Source of the DNA: an uncultured Verrucomicrobiae bacterium
GTDB taxonomy: Bacteria; Verrucomicrobiota; Verrucomicrobiia; Chthoniobacterales; UBA10450
Assembly: GCA_963801815.1 (NCBI GenBank)
Contig: CAWDGJ010000002.1
Coordinates: 768,001-832,000 of the forward strand
Direction of reading: 5' to 3'
Length of the DNA: 64,000 nucleotides
Made by a program: the position numbers and the translations under genes. Shown piece after piece: positions 23,287 to 33,447 of this stretch; the stretch's first letter is position 1, and every line of letters begins with the position of its first letter. The notes beneath the pieces are model-generated. The model did no database searches, was not told where the DNA came from, and was given only the letters and a program-made list of their open reading frames with translations.

Positions 23287-24284
23287 CCGCGCTCCGCTTT
23301 TTGATCGCGAGCCAGCAAATCTTCCATCGCGCGAACGGCAGGTTTGGCTTGATGAACCAGGGCATAGACTTCGTCGATCACTGGAGTATCAACGTTTAAT
23401 TTACGGGCACATTCGTAAGCACTTTTTGAGGTAGGAATGCCTTCGGCGATCGTTTGCATCGACGAGGTAATTTCGTCCAGGGGTTGGCCTCTTCCGAGCT
23501 GTTCGCCGACGCGGCGATTGCGACTCAGTTGACTAAAGCAGGTCGCGACGAGATCTCCGGCACCGCTTAATCCGTAGAAGGTTCGTGCGTCCGCGCCCAT
23601 TTTCGTGCCGAGCCGGATCATCTCCGCCAGTGAGCGCGTCACCAGCGCCGCTTTCGAATTGTCGCCCAACCCGAGTCCGTCGCCAGCGCCCGCCGCAATG
23701 GCGAAAATATTTTTTAGCGCTCCGCCAAGCTCGATTCCAGTCAGCTCCTCGCCGGTGTAAATCCGGAAACGTGGCGTGCCCAAATACTGTTGCAATTCGG
23801 TTGCCCGCGCCGGATCCGTGCAAGCCAATACAGTCGCGGTCGGGAGTTCGCGCGAAACTTCGATCGCGAGATTTGGTCCGGAAAGTACGGCCACGGCCTG
23901 CTCTGGATAGATTTCAGTCAGGATTTCGCTCATGCGCTTGCCTGTGCCGTGTTCGATGCCCTTTACGCAACTGAGAAGGACCGCGTCACTCTTGCTGACA
24001 AACGGACGCAATCGGTCGGCAACTTCTCGTAGCGCCGTAGACGGCGTAACGAAAACAATCAAATCGGCATCGGCGCAGTCTCTCAGTTCACTCGTTAGGC
24101 CGACTGATTTTGGGAGCGTCGCGCCTGGAAGATAAATCCTGTTCTCGCGTCGCTGTCGGATCTCTTCGACACGCGACGCGTCATTCCCCCAGAGCAAGAC
24201 TGTGTGTCCTCGGTTTGCCCAAATTAACGACAATGCGGTACCCCAACCGCCAGCTCCAATGACTGCGATTCGTTCCAATTTCAC
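23283..24284 (-). CDS. gpsA: NAD(P)H-dependent glycerol-3-phosphate dehydrogenase
   Basis: GAGGWGTAL, SGPN.A.E, GGALKN, GDL.ATC.S..SRN. Confidence 0.97.
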   Translation of the reverse strand: MKLERIAVIGAGGWGTALSLIWANRGHTVLLWGNDASRVEEIRQRRENRIYLPGATLPKSVGLTSELRDCADADLIVFVTPSTALREVADRLRPFVSKSDAVLLSCVKGIEHGTGKRMSEILTEIYPEQAVAVLSGPNLAIEVSRELPTATVLACTDPARATELQQYLGTPRFRIYTGEELTGIELGGALKNIFAIAAGAGDGLGLGDNSKAALVTRSLAEMIRLGTKMGADARTFYGLSGAGDLVATCFSQLSRNRRVGEQLGRGQPLDEITSSMQTIAEGIPTSKSAYECARKLNVDTPVIDEVYALVHQAKPAVRAMEDLLARDQKAERG

Positions 24285-24907
24285 TTGCGAGGGAAGCGTG
24301 GCTCTGTGCCACTGAGCAGACGCGACATGTTAGATCGGTGGCGAATGACGACAATCGCCCCGAGGCACAACGAAAAATAAACCAGGACCGGCGATTGCAA
24401 TTGATGCAAAAACAGCAATGCGATCATCGCCACCGGCAGCGCGATCGCAGCCGCAATCGAAGCCACGGAAACATAGCGCGTAATCTTGAAGAGGACGATC
24501 CACACCGCGCACATGATTACCGCGGCTATCCAACTAATGCCAAAAATAACGCCGAGAGACGTCGCAACTCCCTTGCCACCCTTAAAGGCAAGCCATACGG
24601 GAAAACTGTGGCCGAGTACCGAAAAAATTCCACCGAGCGCCACGCAAAAATCAGCGGCAATTGAATCGAAGTGGCAACGATGCGCAATTGCACCTGCAAG
24701 CAAAACGGCAACCAGACCTTTGAGAAAGTCCACCAGGAACACCGGATACCCGAATTGTTTACCCAGGATGCGGGTTACATTTGTTGCGCCCACATTTCCG
24801 CTGCCGACCTTTCGCATATCGACCCCGCGCAAACGGCCGACAACGTAGCCGGAGGGAAAAGATCCAAGCAGGTAAGCGATCAAGCCGATGCTGACAAAGC
24901 AAAGCAT
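24281..24907 (-). CDS. plsY: Glycerol-3-phosphate acyltransferase
   Basis: YLLGS, GSGNVGATN, FKGGKGVAT, RHRSN. Confidence 0.97.
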   Translation of the reverse strand: MLCFVSIGLIAYLLGSFPSGYVVGRLRGVDMRKVGSGNVGATNVTRILGKQFGYPVFLVDFLKGLVAVLLAGAIAHRCHFDSIAADFCVALGGIFSVLGHSFPVWLAFKGGKGVATSLGVIFGISWIAAVIMCAVWIVLFKITRYVSVASIAAAIALPVAMIALLFLHQLQSPVLVYFSLCLGAIVVIRHRSNMSRLLSGTEPRFPRK

Positions 24908-24915
24908 TGGTTAGG

Positions 24916-26814
24916 CTAATGAGTTGGGGATTCGGTAGCGCGGCCGTGTCCAATATATAAAGTATTCCGAATAAGCCAGATATGCAAAATTGAAACGTCG
25001 GCCGACGTCACTCCACTCAGGCGTGCAGCATCCCCTAATGATGTTGGACGGATTTTGCGGAGTTTTTGCCGGGCTTCGGAACTCAAGCCGGTAACCGTGT
25101 CGAAATCGAAGCCGTCTGGAATTCTTTGAAGGCGGCTCTTTTCCAATTCCTTGTTCTGATGAGTCTGCCGATGCGAATAACCCTCGTACTTAATCTCCGT
25201 TTCAATGAGCTCCCAGATTTCCATTGGGGCTGCGGCTCGTAATTGCTCCGGCAAATCGGAGGATCCAAACTCGTGGCGTCTTAGTAATTGACTGGTGGGC
25301 ACGCCGCCGACTCTTATCTGGCTCGCCAACTCGCGACACTTCTCAAGCAATTGTATTTTCTCCTGAAAATATGCCCATCGATCTTGACTGATCAGCCCAA
25401 GTTCGAAGGCCCGTGGAGTAAGACGCCGATCGGCATTATCGTGCCGCAAGTGGAGTCGCTCCTCTGCGCGACTGCTGAACATTCGATAAGGTTCTTCAGT
25501 GCCCTTTGTGACGAGATCATCGACTAAGACGCCGATGTACGCCTCGTTGCGATTTAAAGTGAACGAGGGCCGGCCTTGAACGGCCAAGGCAGCGTTAGTT
25601 CCGGCAACCCAACCTTGCGCTGCGGCTTCCTCGTAGCCCGAGGTACCATTGACCTGGCCGGCAAAATAAACACCGCGGACCAATTTCGTTTCAAGCGTAT
25701 GCCGAAGCTGAGTGGGTGGAAAATAGTCATACTCGACGGCATAGCCTGGTCGCATTATTTCGGCTCGCTCCAAAGCGGGAATCGAATGGACGAACTCCAG
25801 CTGCACATCGTAAGGCAGACTGGTAGAAATCCCGTTAACGTAATACTCCTCGCTATGTCGCCCCTCCGGCTCCAAGAAAAGCTGATGACTCTCCCTGTGA
25901 GCAAACTTTACGACTTTATCCTCAATTGACGGACAGTAACGCGGCCCCGTACCTTCTATTCGACCGGCATAAAGTGGCGACCGGTGAAGGTTCTTTTTAA
26001 TAATCTCCCGGGTTTCAGCGGTCGTCTGAGTGATCCAACAGGGGAGTTGTTCCACGTGGAACTCCGTCCTCGAGACTTGATTTAAGGTAAAAATATCGCC
26101 CCCCGCTTTCACCTCGTCCGCCCCCCAGAACGAGAAGCGGGGCGGTGGCTCGTCTCCGGATTGGATCTGACAACGGGCAAAGTCGATCGAGCGACCATTT
26201 AGGCGACATGGGGTGCCCGTCTTAAAGCGTCCCACTTCGAACCCCAGCTTTTTGAGATTGGCGCTCAGTCCGGAACTGGCGTCGGCCATTCTTCCGCCTG
26301 GCTTGCTATTTTCACCAACGTGCAGCAGTCCCCGCAGAAATGTGCCGGCCGTAACGATCACGCTCTCGCCATTTATAGTGAGGCCTAAGTCAGTCTCGAC
26401 GCCGGTCACTCTGCCATCGGAAACAAGCACCTTGGAAACTGTGGCCTGCTTCAAATCCAATCCGGGTGTCCGCTCGAGGATCGCCTTCATTCGAAATTGG
26501 TACGCTTTCTTGTCGCACTGGACTCGCGGCGCGCGCACTGCCGGTCCTTTGGATTTGTTCAACATTCGAAATTGAATGCCTGTGGCATCGGCGTTTAGAC
26601 CCATCGCTCCACCAAGCGCGTCAATCTCTCGAACTATTTGGCCTTTGGCTAACCCGCCGATTGCAGGATTGCATGACATCTGGCCAATCGTGTCCAGATT
26701 TTGAGTTAACATCAGGGTGCGACATCCAAGCCCGGCCGACGCAAGTGCCGCCTCGATTCCGGCGTGACCGCTACCCACGACAATCACATCATAGTGAGTA
26801 GGTAGCTTAAACAT
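24916..26814 (-). CDS. mnmG: tRNA U34 5-carboxymethylaminomethyl modification enzyme MnmG (GidA)
   Basis: [37 protein letters not shown]. Confidence 0.98.
   Translation of the reverse strand: MFKLPTHYDVIVVGSGHAGIEAALASAGLGCRTLMLTQNLDTIGQMSCNPAIGGLAKGQIVREIDALGGAMGLNADATGIQFRMLNKSKGPAVRAPRVQCDKKAYQFRMKAILERTPGLDLKQATVSKVLVSDGRVTGVETDLGLTINGESVIVTAGTFLRGLLHVGENSKPGGRMADASSGLSANLKKLGFEVGRFKTGTPCRLNGRSIDFARCQIQSGDEPPPRFSFWGADEVKAGGDIFTLNQVSRTEFHVEQLPCWITQTTAETREIIKKNLHRSPLYAGRIEGTGPRYCPSIEDKVVKFAHRESHQLFLEPEGRHSEEYYVNGISTSLPYDVQLEFVHSIPALERAEIMRPGYAVEYDYFPPTQLRHTLETKLVRGVYFAGQVNGTSGYEEAAAQGWVAGTNAALAVQGRPSFTLNRNEAYIGVLVDDLVTKGTEEPYRMFSSRAEERLHLRHDNADRRLTPRAFELGLISQDRWAYFQEKIQLLEKCRELASQIRVGGVPTSQLLRRHEFGSSDLPEQLRAAAPMEIWELIETEIKYEGYSHRQTHQNKELEKSRLQRIPDGFDFDTVTGLSSEARQKLRKIRPTSLGDAARLSGVTSADVSILHIWLIRNTLYIGHGRATESPTH
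26048..26063. promoter_or_regulatory. parS centromere-like site inside mnmG
   Basis: TGTTCCACGTGGAACT, a 15/16 match to the parS palindrome TGTTCCACGTGGAACA. Confidence 0.8.
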
Positions 26815-26909
26815 TAGGGCATTTTTCTAAGGTTCTTTGCTCGATCGTCAATCGGCAAATATTACGTAACATGCTTATGAACAAAGTGTTAACAAAACGT
26901 ACAAAGCTA

Positions 26910-27638
26910 TCAGGAAGCCGAAGTATTGGAAATCTGATCGGGGGGAGTTTCTCGCAAAGCCCTCAGCGCCATGCGCGTTAAGAGAATAAACAAAAGCACC
27001 GTGATCGCAAACGCTCCACCCCAGGTCCAATACTCGACGAGACGAGGGTGACTCCGGCCGCGCGCCAGATTCAGACCGAGCTGCCCCAGAGTTCCGAGGT
27101 AAGTATAAAGAAAAAGTCCGGGTGCGCGCCCGGCTGCCGTCCAAAGCATGTATGGCCAAAAACGGATTCTGGTTAGGCCAAATAGATAATTGAGGAGACT
27201 CGTTGGAAACAATGGGTGGAGCTGACATAAAAAAATTATTTTCCATGCGTCACGCGCGACTGCTTTTTCCAGCACCTGCAGCATTGGGTTTCTGGAAAAT
27301 TTTGCGCTCAGGTATCGTCCGCCTAACCAACGGCTCAGCGCGAATGAAACCGCTGCTGCAATACTGTTGCCCAAGAGCACGATAAAAAATCCCCACCAAA
27401 GACCGAAGAAAAATCCCGCACCAACGCTCAAGATTCCGCCCGGCAACAGAAGGACATTGCATGCGGCGAAAAGAAGCGGATAAAGGATTGCGCCTGATCT
27501 GCCCATTCCGGTGACGCGACGCTGCAGCTCCGCCACCAAAGAAATAATTGGAAAGAAGTGCGACAACAACGCCAGGCCGAGGATCACGATCGCAAACCCG
27601 GCCAACTGAAAATAGGTCGCCCGCCGACTCTCGAACAT
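26910..27638 (-). CDS. TVP38/TMEM64 (DedA/VTT domain) membrane protein
   Basis: LPG....GAGF.FG, HPLFP...NY..G.T.I.F. Confidence 0.88.
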   Translation of the reverse strand: MFESRRATYFQLAGFAIVILGLALLSHFFPIISLVAELQRRVTGMGRSGAILYPLLFAACNVLLLPGGILSVGAGFFFGLWWGFFIVLLGNSIAAAVSFALSRWLGGRYLSAKFSRNPMLQVLEKAVARDAWKIIFLCQLHPLFPTSLLNYLFGLTRIRFWPYMLWTAAGRAPGLFLYTYLGTLGQLGLNLARGRSHPRLVEYWTWGGAFAITVLLFILLTRMALRALRETPPDQISNTSAS

Positions 27639-27656
27639 TCCGGCAGTCTGCGCGGC

Positions 27657-29477
27657 TCAGAGACTCCGTGCAAATTCGGCCAGAGCCGTTGTCGTTTCGT
27701 AATGAAGAAACGGTGTGATCAGGTAAACGCCCGGAAAGGAATCGAACACTGCCCCAATAATCTTTTCGGCAAGTCGCCGTCCGCACGCCCGAACGCTTTT
27801 CTCGTCAGCGCACTTGCCTAACTCCGCTCGCACCGAGTCTGGAATGATAATTCCTGGAACCTCGTGATGCAGGAATTCCGCCTGCTTCGCGCTTAACAAA
27901 GGCCATACTCCGGTAAAGATTGGGATTTTCAGATGCCGTACGCGCCGATGCATCTCCTTCACGACATCCACATCGAACACCGGCTGCGTCATCGCGAACT
28001 GCGCTCCAGCTCCGACCTTACGCTCCAGGCGTTGGACCTGTGCATCCAGATTCTTTGCGTTCGGATTGAAGGTACAACCGATCACAAAATTCGTAGCTGC
28101 CTTCAACGATTTGCCGGCATGCGTGAATCCGGAATTGAGTTGTTTAATGATCGAGATCAACTCCACCGAGTTCACGTCGTAGACGGAGGCAGCTCCCGGA
28201 TGATCTCCGACTCGGGCCGGATCGCCGGTGAGCGGCAAAACGTGCCGCATGCCAAGCGCCGCCATCCCCAGCAATTCGCTTTGTAATCCCAGCACGTTTC
28301 GATCGCGACAGCTCAAATGCAGCAACGGCGTAATGTCGAACCTTTCCTTTAACATCGCGCCGACCGCCAGATTGCTCACTCGCAGAATCGCCAGTGAATT
28401 ATCAGCCAGAGTGATCGCATCACAGCCGGCTTGGACCAGGGCCTGCGCGCCTTCGAAATATTTTTGCAGCGCCAATGTTTTCGGCGGATCGAGTTCGCAA
28501 ATTACGACCCTTTTCCCGGCGGCGATCTTGTCGAGCAAACTTTCCTCCGCTTTACGCTCGATCTCCAATGGCGCGCGACTCGGTTGTGAAATCGCGTGGA
28601 CAGTTTTCGATCTAACCGGGCGAAGATCGGTAATGGCCTTTGCCACGGCCGCGATGTGTGCCGGCGTAGTTCCGCAACAACCGCCGATCAGCCGCGCACC
28701 CTGGGTCGCGATTTCGCGCGCCGCCCTCGCGAAATAATCGGGATCGGTGGGATAAACATACCGGCCTTCGGTGTAGCGGGGATATCCTGCGTTCGGATAC
28801 GCCGCCAACAGTTCGCCGGCCGGCAGTTTTTCAAATAACTGGACCATCGCTCGCGGACCATTGAGGCAATTGGCTCCCACGATCTTTGCGCCTAACTCAC
28901 GGCTACGCGCGAACGCGTCGACCAAAGGCATTCCCGACTGAAGACGCGCCTCGGGCTCGCAGGCAAACAACGAAACCACGATGCAATCGCTTTTCGGAAC
29001 TGCTCGAAGAGCGATCTCCATTTCTTCGAAATTCTGGAACGTTTCGAAGAAGATAAGATCGACATCTTCCTCGATCAGTGCCGTCACTTGCTCGCGAAAA
29101 CATTCGCTTCGATCGATTCCGCGCTCTTCCGCTTCGTGGCCGCTGATTCCCAGCGGACCGACGCTTCCTGCGATGCAAATTTCTTTCCCGGCGCTAGCTT
29201 TTCGCGCCAAACGCGCGGCCGCTTTGTTGATTTCAACAACCCGGTGTTCCAATCCGAAACGCGACAGCCGCACTGAATTAGCGCCAAACGTATTTGTCTC
29301 GATCACGCTCGCGCCCGCGGCGACATATTCCCGATGAACTGCCACAATACGATCCGGGGCGCTCACGCAGAGTTCTTCCAGGCAATGATCCACGGGTACA
29401 CCGCGATCGAGGAGTAGCGTACCCATCGCGCCGTCGCCGCAGACGACCCGCTCTTCCAGTTTGGCCAGTAAATCCAT
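27657..29477 (-). CDS. yitJ: Bifunctional homocysteine S-methyltransferase / methylenetetrahydrofolate reductase (YitJ-like)
   Basis: DGAMGT, ETNTFGAN, GGCCGTTP, then ELDPP, CRDRN, TGDP, TQP. Confidence 0.9.
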   Translation of the reverse strand: MDLLAKLEERVVCGDGAMGTLLLDRGVPVDHCLEELCVSAPDRIVAVHREYVAAGASVIETNTFGANSVRLSRFGLEHRVVEINKAAARLARKASAGKEICIAGSVGPLGISGHEAEERGIDRSECFREQVTALIEEDVDLIFFETFQNFEEMEIALRAVPKSDCIVVSLFACEPEARLQSGMPLVDAFARSRELGAKIVGANCLNGPRAMVQLFEKLPAGELLAAYPNAGYPRYTEGRYVYPTDPDYFARAAREIATQGARLIGGCCGTTPAHIAAVAKAITDLRPVRSKTVHAISQPSRAPLEIERKAEESLLDKIAAGKRVVICELDPPKTLALQKYFEGAQALVQAGCDAITLADNSLAILRVSNLAVGAMLKERFDITPLLHLSCRDRNVLGLQSELLGMAALGMRHVLPLTGDPARVGDHPGAASVYDVNSVELISIIKQLNSGFTHAGKSLKAATNFVIGCTFNPNAKNLDAQVQRLERKVGAGAQFAMTQPVFDVDVVKEMHRRVRHLKIPIFTGVWPLLSAKQAEFLHHEVPGIIIPDSVRAELGKCADEKSVRACGRRLAEKIIGAVFDSFPGVYLITPFLHYETTTALAEFARSL

Positions 29478-29551
29478 CGCGCTTTGCGCTTACTGCCGGG
29501 TGCGTCTCAGGTCAATTGAATCGCTACGGCAAAATCGGGAAATCGAGTTCA

Positions 29552-29581
29552 CCAGAGCCAGAGCCAGAGCCAGAGCCAGAG
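29552..29581. repeat. Hexamer tandem repeat (CCAGAG)5
   Basis: Five perfect copies seen directly. Confidence 0.95.
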
Positions 29582-29584
29582 AAC

Positions 29585-29850
29585 GTTTTTAAAACGTTTC
29601 ATGTTGCTTTGTTAAGCAATGCCACAGCAACAAGCCAACAAGGTCCAATAAGTTCCAATAACTTTCATCCGCCCGTTCTCGATCGGGGTTGTGTGCACTT
29701 GTTGACACTGTTATCAACAGGTTGCTTTGCTGGGAGGTCTCGGCACAGCGCCACAGTTGTTCGCGCGAAGAAGGAGAAGAAGTATGGGTTTCTTAATTAG
29801 AAATACTAATTCTATTTGCGAACAACTCGCGCTCTTGCTGCGAATCTAAA
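29585..29850. other. Candidate replication origin (oriC)
   Basis: Divergent intergenic region with a TTATCAACA DnaA-box-like site (29711-29719), degenerate neighbouring boxes, an AAG/GAG triplet run and an AT-rich tract; near mnmG and parS. Confidence 0.35.
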
Positions 29851-29860
29851 TAGCAACGCT

Positions 29861-30583
29861 ATGCTGCCAAATGTCGCCGCACCAGATCGGCCTGCCTCCC
29901 AAGGGTCGACATTTGCTAAGGTGACAGCGACGTCTAAATCATCCGACAGTTTGTTCGAGCGCGTCGCCTGGCTTTATGCGTTTTGTCGAGAACGACTGTT
30001 TCGGGACGACACGGACCGAATTATTTCGGCGCTTTGGCAAAATCAAAGTCCGCCGTCGGGAGTTCAGGTGATCGAGCTCGGCTGTGGTCCGGGATTTTAT
30101 TCAAGAAAACTGGCGCAACGATTTCCACAGATTGTGGTAACCGGCGTGGACCGCGCGGAGCGTCAGCTTTGCTGGGCCCGGGAACGCGCAAGTGCCAGTT
30201 CAGTTCAAAATTGCGCATTCAAGCGCGTGAATATCTTATCTCTGTCATGCGCGGATGCATCGTTCGACGCTTTGGTTGCTTCGCGAATCTTTACGGTGCT
30301 GCCTGAGCAGCGTCGGGCTGTGGGCGAGATGTTTCGGGTCTTAAAATCGGGAGGTCGCTGTTTCGTTGCCGAGCCGCGCTTCTTTTTTTGGGCTTCCATT
30401 CCGCTTTTTTCCATGTGGTTACTGGCAAGCGTCATTCATTCAGGCAACGGTTATCGCGAACCGATGACAGCAACCGTTCTAAACGTTCGCGCGTTTGCGC
30501 GTTTATTTGATCACTTGCCGTGGAAATCTGTTCGCATCTGGCGGGACGGGCATTATCAGTACGCGCTTTGCGAAAAAGGCTGA
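29861..30583 (+). CDS. Class I SAM-dependent methyltransferase
   Basis: ELGCGPG, TGVD, FRVLKSGG. Confidence 0.9.
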   Translation: MLPNVAAPDRPASQGSTFAKVTATSKSSDSLFERVAWLYAFCRERLFRDDTDRIISALWQNQSPPSGVQVIELGCGPGFYSRKLAQRFPQIVVTGVDRAERQLCWARERASASSVQNCAFKRVNILSLSCADASFDALVASRIFTVLPEQRRAVGEMFRVLKSGGRCFVAEPRFFFWASIPLFSMWLLASVIHSGNGYREPMTATVLNVRAFARLFDHLPWKSVRIWRDGHYQYALCEKG

Positions 30584-31314
30584 GAATTCTGGATCCTGCC
30601 GGGCCAACGCACGCGTCAGGAAAACTCTGTGCACTGGCGGTAATGACCAAAGCTCCGCGCGCGGGTACTGTTAAAACGCGACTGGTGCCGCCTCTCACAT
30701 TCGAAGAAGCGGCCCAACTAAACGTCTGTTTTCTTCAGGACACCGCTGCGACAATTCAGCAGGCTTGTCCCGAGAGCGCCATCGGTGTTGGTGTCTATAC
30801 GCCCATCGGTTCGGAGGCTGCATACGTCGATATCTTGCCATCCGAGTTTCAACTCCTCCCTCAGCGTGGCGATGGTTTTGGTGAGAGACTTGCCTTTGCC
30901 GCGGAAGATCTCTTCCGTTGCGGCTTTTCTTCGATTTGCCTGATCGATTCCGACAGCCCCACAGTTCCCGCCGGAGCCTATGCCCAGGCGATCGCCTTGT
31001 TATCGCAGCCCACCGACCGCGTAGTGCTGGGTCCTTCGGATGACGGCGGCTATTATTTGATCGGCCTGCGGAAAGATCATCCGAAACTGTTCGAAGGAAT
31101 TGATTGGAGCACCGAACGCGTTCTGGAACAGACAAAACAACGCGCCGAAGAGCTCGCCTTGGAAGTTTCGTTGTTGCCGGCTGCTTTTGATGTCGATGAT
31201 GCCACGACATTGCAGCGTTTGTGCAACGAGTTGCTGTCAGACAAATCCCGCGCTGGCGTCGCGCCGCAAACGCGGAAATTTCTGGCCGAACTGATGGCGA
31301 AGAAGCGATTCTAA
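30580..31314 (+). CDS. DUF2064/TIGR04282-family glycosyltransferase-like protein
   Basis: KAP.AG.VKTRL, QRG.GFGERL, DSP, VLGPS.DGGYYLIG, DVDD; start codon uncertain. Confidence 0.85.
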   Translation: MRILDPAGPTHASGKLCALAVMTKAPRAGTVKTRLVPPLTFEEAAQLNVCFLQDTAATIQQACPESAIGVGVYTPIGSEAAYVDILPSEFQLLPQRGDGFGERLAFAAEDLFRCGFSSICLIDSDSPTVPAGAYAQAIALLSQPTDRVVLGPSDDGGYYLIGLRKDHPKLFEGIDWSTERVLEQTKQRAEELALEVSLLPAAFDVDDATTLQRLCNELLSDKSRAGVAPQTRKFLAELMAKKRF

Positions 31315-31318
31315 GCCG

Positions 31319-32452
31319 ATGGCCAGGAACCAAAAACGTGCGCTTGTCACCGGCGGCGCCGGTCTGATTGGTTCGCATGTCACGGATCTTCTCGTTCGCG
31401 AGGGATGGCAGGTGCGCGTGCTCGACAATCTCGAGCCGAATACGCATCGCCGCGGCAGACCAGCCTGGATCAACGCCGGGGCCGAATTCACTCAAGGCGA
31501 TCTTCGGGATCGAGCCACCATCACCGCCGCACTCGATAACATCGACCTCGTATTCCATCAGGCCGCTTACGGCGGGTACATGCCGGAGATTTCAAAATAC
31601 GTCCACGTCAATTCGTTAGGCACAGCCCAGATGCTCGAAGTCATTCGAGAGAAAAAACTGCCGATCCAAAAGATTATCGTCGCAAGTTCGCAAGCCGTTT
31701 ACAGCGAAGGCGCGGGCACCTGTCCGAAGCATGGCTTGGTTTTTCCGGACGTCCGGCCGGTCGAGCAATTACGGAATGGCGATTGGCAGGTGCATTGCCC
31801 GATCTGCGGCGAAGTCACGCAGAGCGCACCAACTCCGGAGAACGCACCTGTGGGTGGCGAAACCGTTTACGGTTTGACCAAACTGGATCAGGAAAAGCTG
31901 GTTTTGCTCTGGGGAAAACAAGTCGGGATTCCCACCGTCGCGCTGCGTTACTCATGCACTTACGGACCCCGCCAATCGATTTTCAATCCTTACACCGGCG
32001 TGATCGCAATTTTTTGCACGCGTTTGCTCAACCACCTCCCGCCGGTCCTTTACGAAGATGGTAAGCAAACGCGCGATTTCTCATTCGTGGAAGACATCGC
32101 CCGCGCAAATCTGCTCGCGGCTGAGACCAACAAACTCGACGGCCTCGCGGTGAACGTTGGCAGCGGTAAAGGAACGCCTATTCGCAAGATCGCAGAAATT
32201 CTTTCGCAGCTTCTCAAGATCGACATCAAGGCGGAAGTGCGCAGCGAATTTCGGCCGGGCGAAATGCGTCATCTCACCAGCGACACAAAATTAATTCGCT
32301 CGGCCGGCTACCGGCCGCAGGTCGACCTGGAAGATGGAATTCCGCGTTACATCGATTGGATCAAAACCCAATCGGATATTCGCGATTATTTCAGCGAAGC
32401 GAGCGAGATTTTGAAGAACAAGGGAATCGTCCATCGCGTGAAAAAGAAGTGA
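31319..32452 (+). CDS. NAD-dependent epimerase/dehydratase with CPKH...CPIC insertion
   Basis: TGGAGLIG, YGLTK, YGPRQ, TRDF. Confidence 0.92.
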   Translation: MARNQKRALVTGGAGLIGSHVTDLLVREGWQVRVLDNLEPNTHRRGRPAWINAGAEFTQGDLRDRATITAALDNIDLVFHQAAYGGYMPEISKYVHVNSLGTAQMLEVIREKKLPIQKIIVASSQAVYSEGAGTCPKHGLVFPDVRPVEQLRNGDWQVHCPICGEVTQSAPTPENAPVGGETVYGLTKLDQEKLVLLWGKQVGIPTVALRYSCTYGPRQSIFNPYTGVIAIFCTRLLNHLPPVLYEDGKQTRDFSFVEDIARANLLAAETNKLDGLAVNVGSGKGTPIRKIAEILSQLLKIDIKAEVRSEFRPGEMRHLTSDTKLIRSAGYRPQVDLEDGIPRYIDWIKTQSDIRDYFSEASEILKNKGIVHRVKKK

Positions 32453-33447
32453 ATCCGATCGGAGCGCTAGATTTCAATGCGCGCGCGTTGCACTACGCGC
32501 GCAAGGATTTTCCGCTGCTCGAAGCGGACGCGAGCGTTGGACAAGCGATGGAGAAAATCCGGCGGGAAGGGATCGGCGAACGCGTGGTTTATTTTTACGC
32601 GGTGGACGAGCAGCGAAAACTGGTCGGAGTCGTGCCGACTCGCCGACTGCTCACGGCGGCGCGCGAACAGACGCTGCGCGAAATTATGGTGCCGCGCGTG
32701 GTCGCGCTGCCGGCCACGGCCACCGTTCTCGAAGCGTGCGAATTTTTCGTGCTCTACAAGTTTCTCGCATTCCCAATTGTCGACGCGGATCGCCGCGTCA
32801 TCGGCGTAGTCGATGCCGATGTGTTCACGCAAAGCATGCTCGAAAGCGAAGAAGGGGAAAAGCCTGCCGGGCGCGACGATTTTTTCGAGCTACTCGGCAT
32901 TCATCTCGCACAAGTTCGCGACGCTTCGCCGTGGCAAACGTTTCGCTACCGATTTCCGTGGTTGATGGCGACGGTCGCGAGCGGGACTGCGTGCGCGCTT
33001 CTCGCCGGCGCGTTCGAAGTCACGCTCGCACGTAGCATCGTCATCGCATTTTTCATGACAATGGTCTTGGCATTGAATGAAAGCGTGAGCATGCAATCGA
33101 TGAGCGTGACAATCCAAAAACTGCACTCCGCGCGCGTAACCTGGCGATGGTTCGTCAACGCAGTACGCAGTGAAATTCTGACCGCGGTTCTTCTCGCCAT
33201 TGGCTGCGGCGCGCTCGTCGGCATCATTGTTTACGTGTGGCGGCACGATCTTCGCGGCTCGCTGGTCATCGGCGGCAGTATCGCCACCTCCCTGGTGACG
33301 GCGTGTCTTTTTGGACTCGCCGTTCCATCGCTTCTGCATCGCTGGAAATTCGATCCCAAGATCGCCGCGGGTCCAATCACGTTGGCACTGGCTGATTTCT
33401 TCGCGCTCGCTCTGTATTTCACCGCTGCGTCGTTGGTTCTCCGATGA
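32449..33447 (+). CDS. MgtE-like magnesium transporter (CBS pair plus MgtE membrane domain)
   Basis: CBS pair, R.PWL, DPKIAAGP....AD; GTG start overlapping the previous stop. Confidence 0.85.
   Translation: MNPIGALDFNARALHYARKDFPLLEADASVGQAMEKIRREGIGERVVYFYAVDEQRKLVGVVPTRRLLTAAREQTLREIMVPRVVALPATATVLEACEFFVLYKFLAFPIVDADRRVIGVVDADVFTQSMLESEEGEKPAGRDDFFELLGIHLAQVRDASPWQTFRYRFPWLMATVASGTACALLAGAFEVTLARSIVIAFFMTMVLALNESVSMQSMSVTIQKLHSARVTWRWFVNAVRSEILTAVLLAIGCGALVGIIVYVWRHDLRGSLVIGGSIATSLVTACLFGLAVPSLLHRWKFDPKIAAGPITLALADFFALALYFTAASLVLR

Noticed and set aside
29478..29600. SAM riboswitch upstream of the yitJ-like gene
   Set aside because: No recognisable SAM-I or SAM-II conserved motifs by eye
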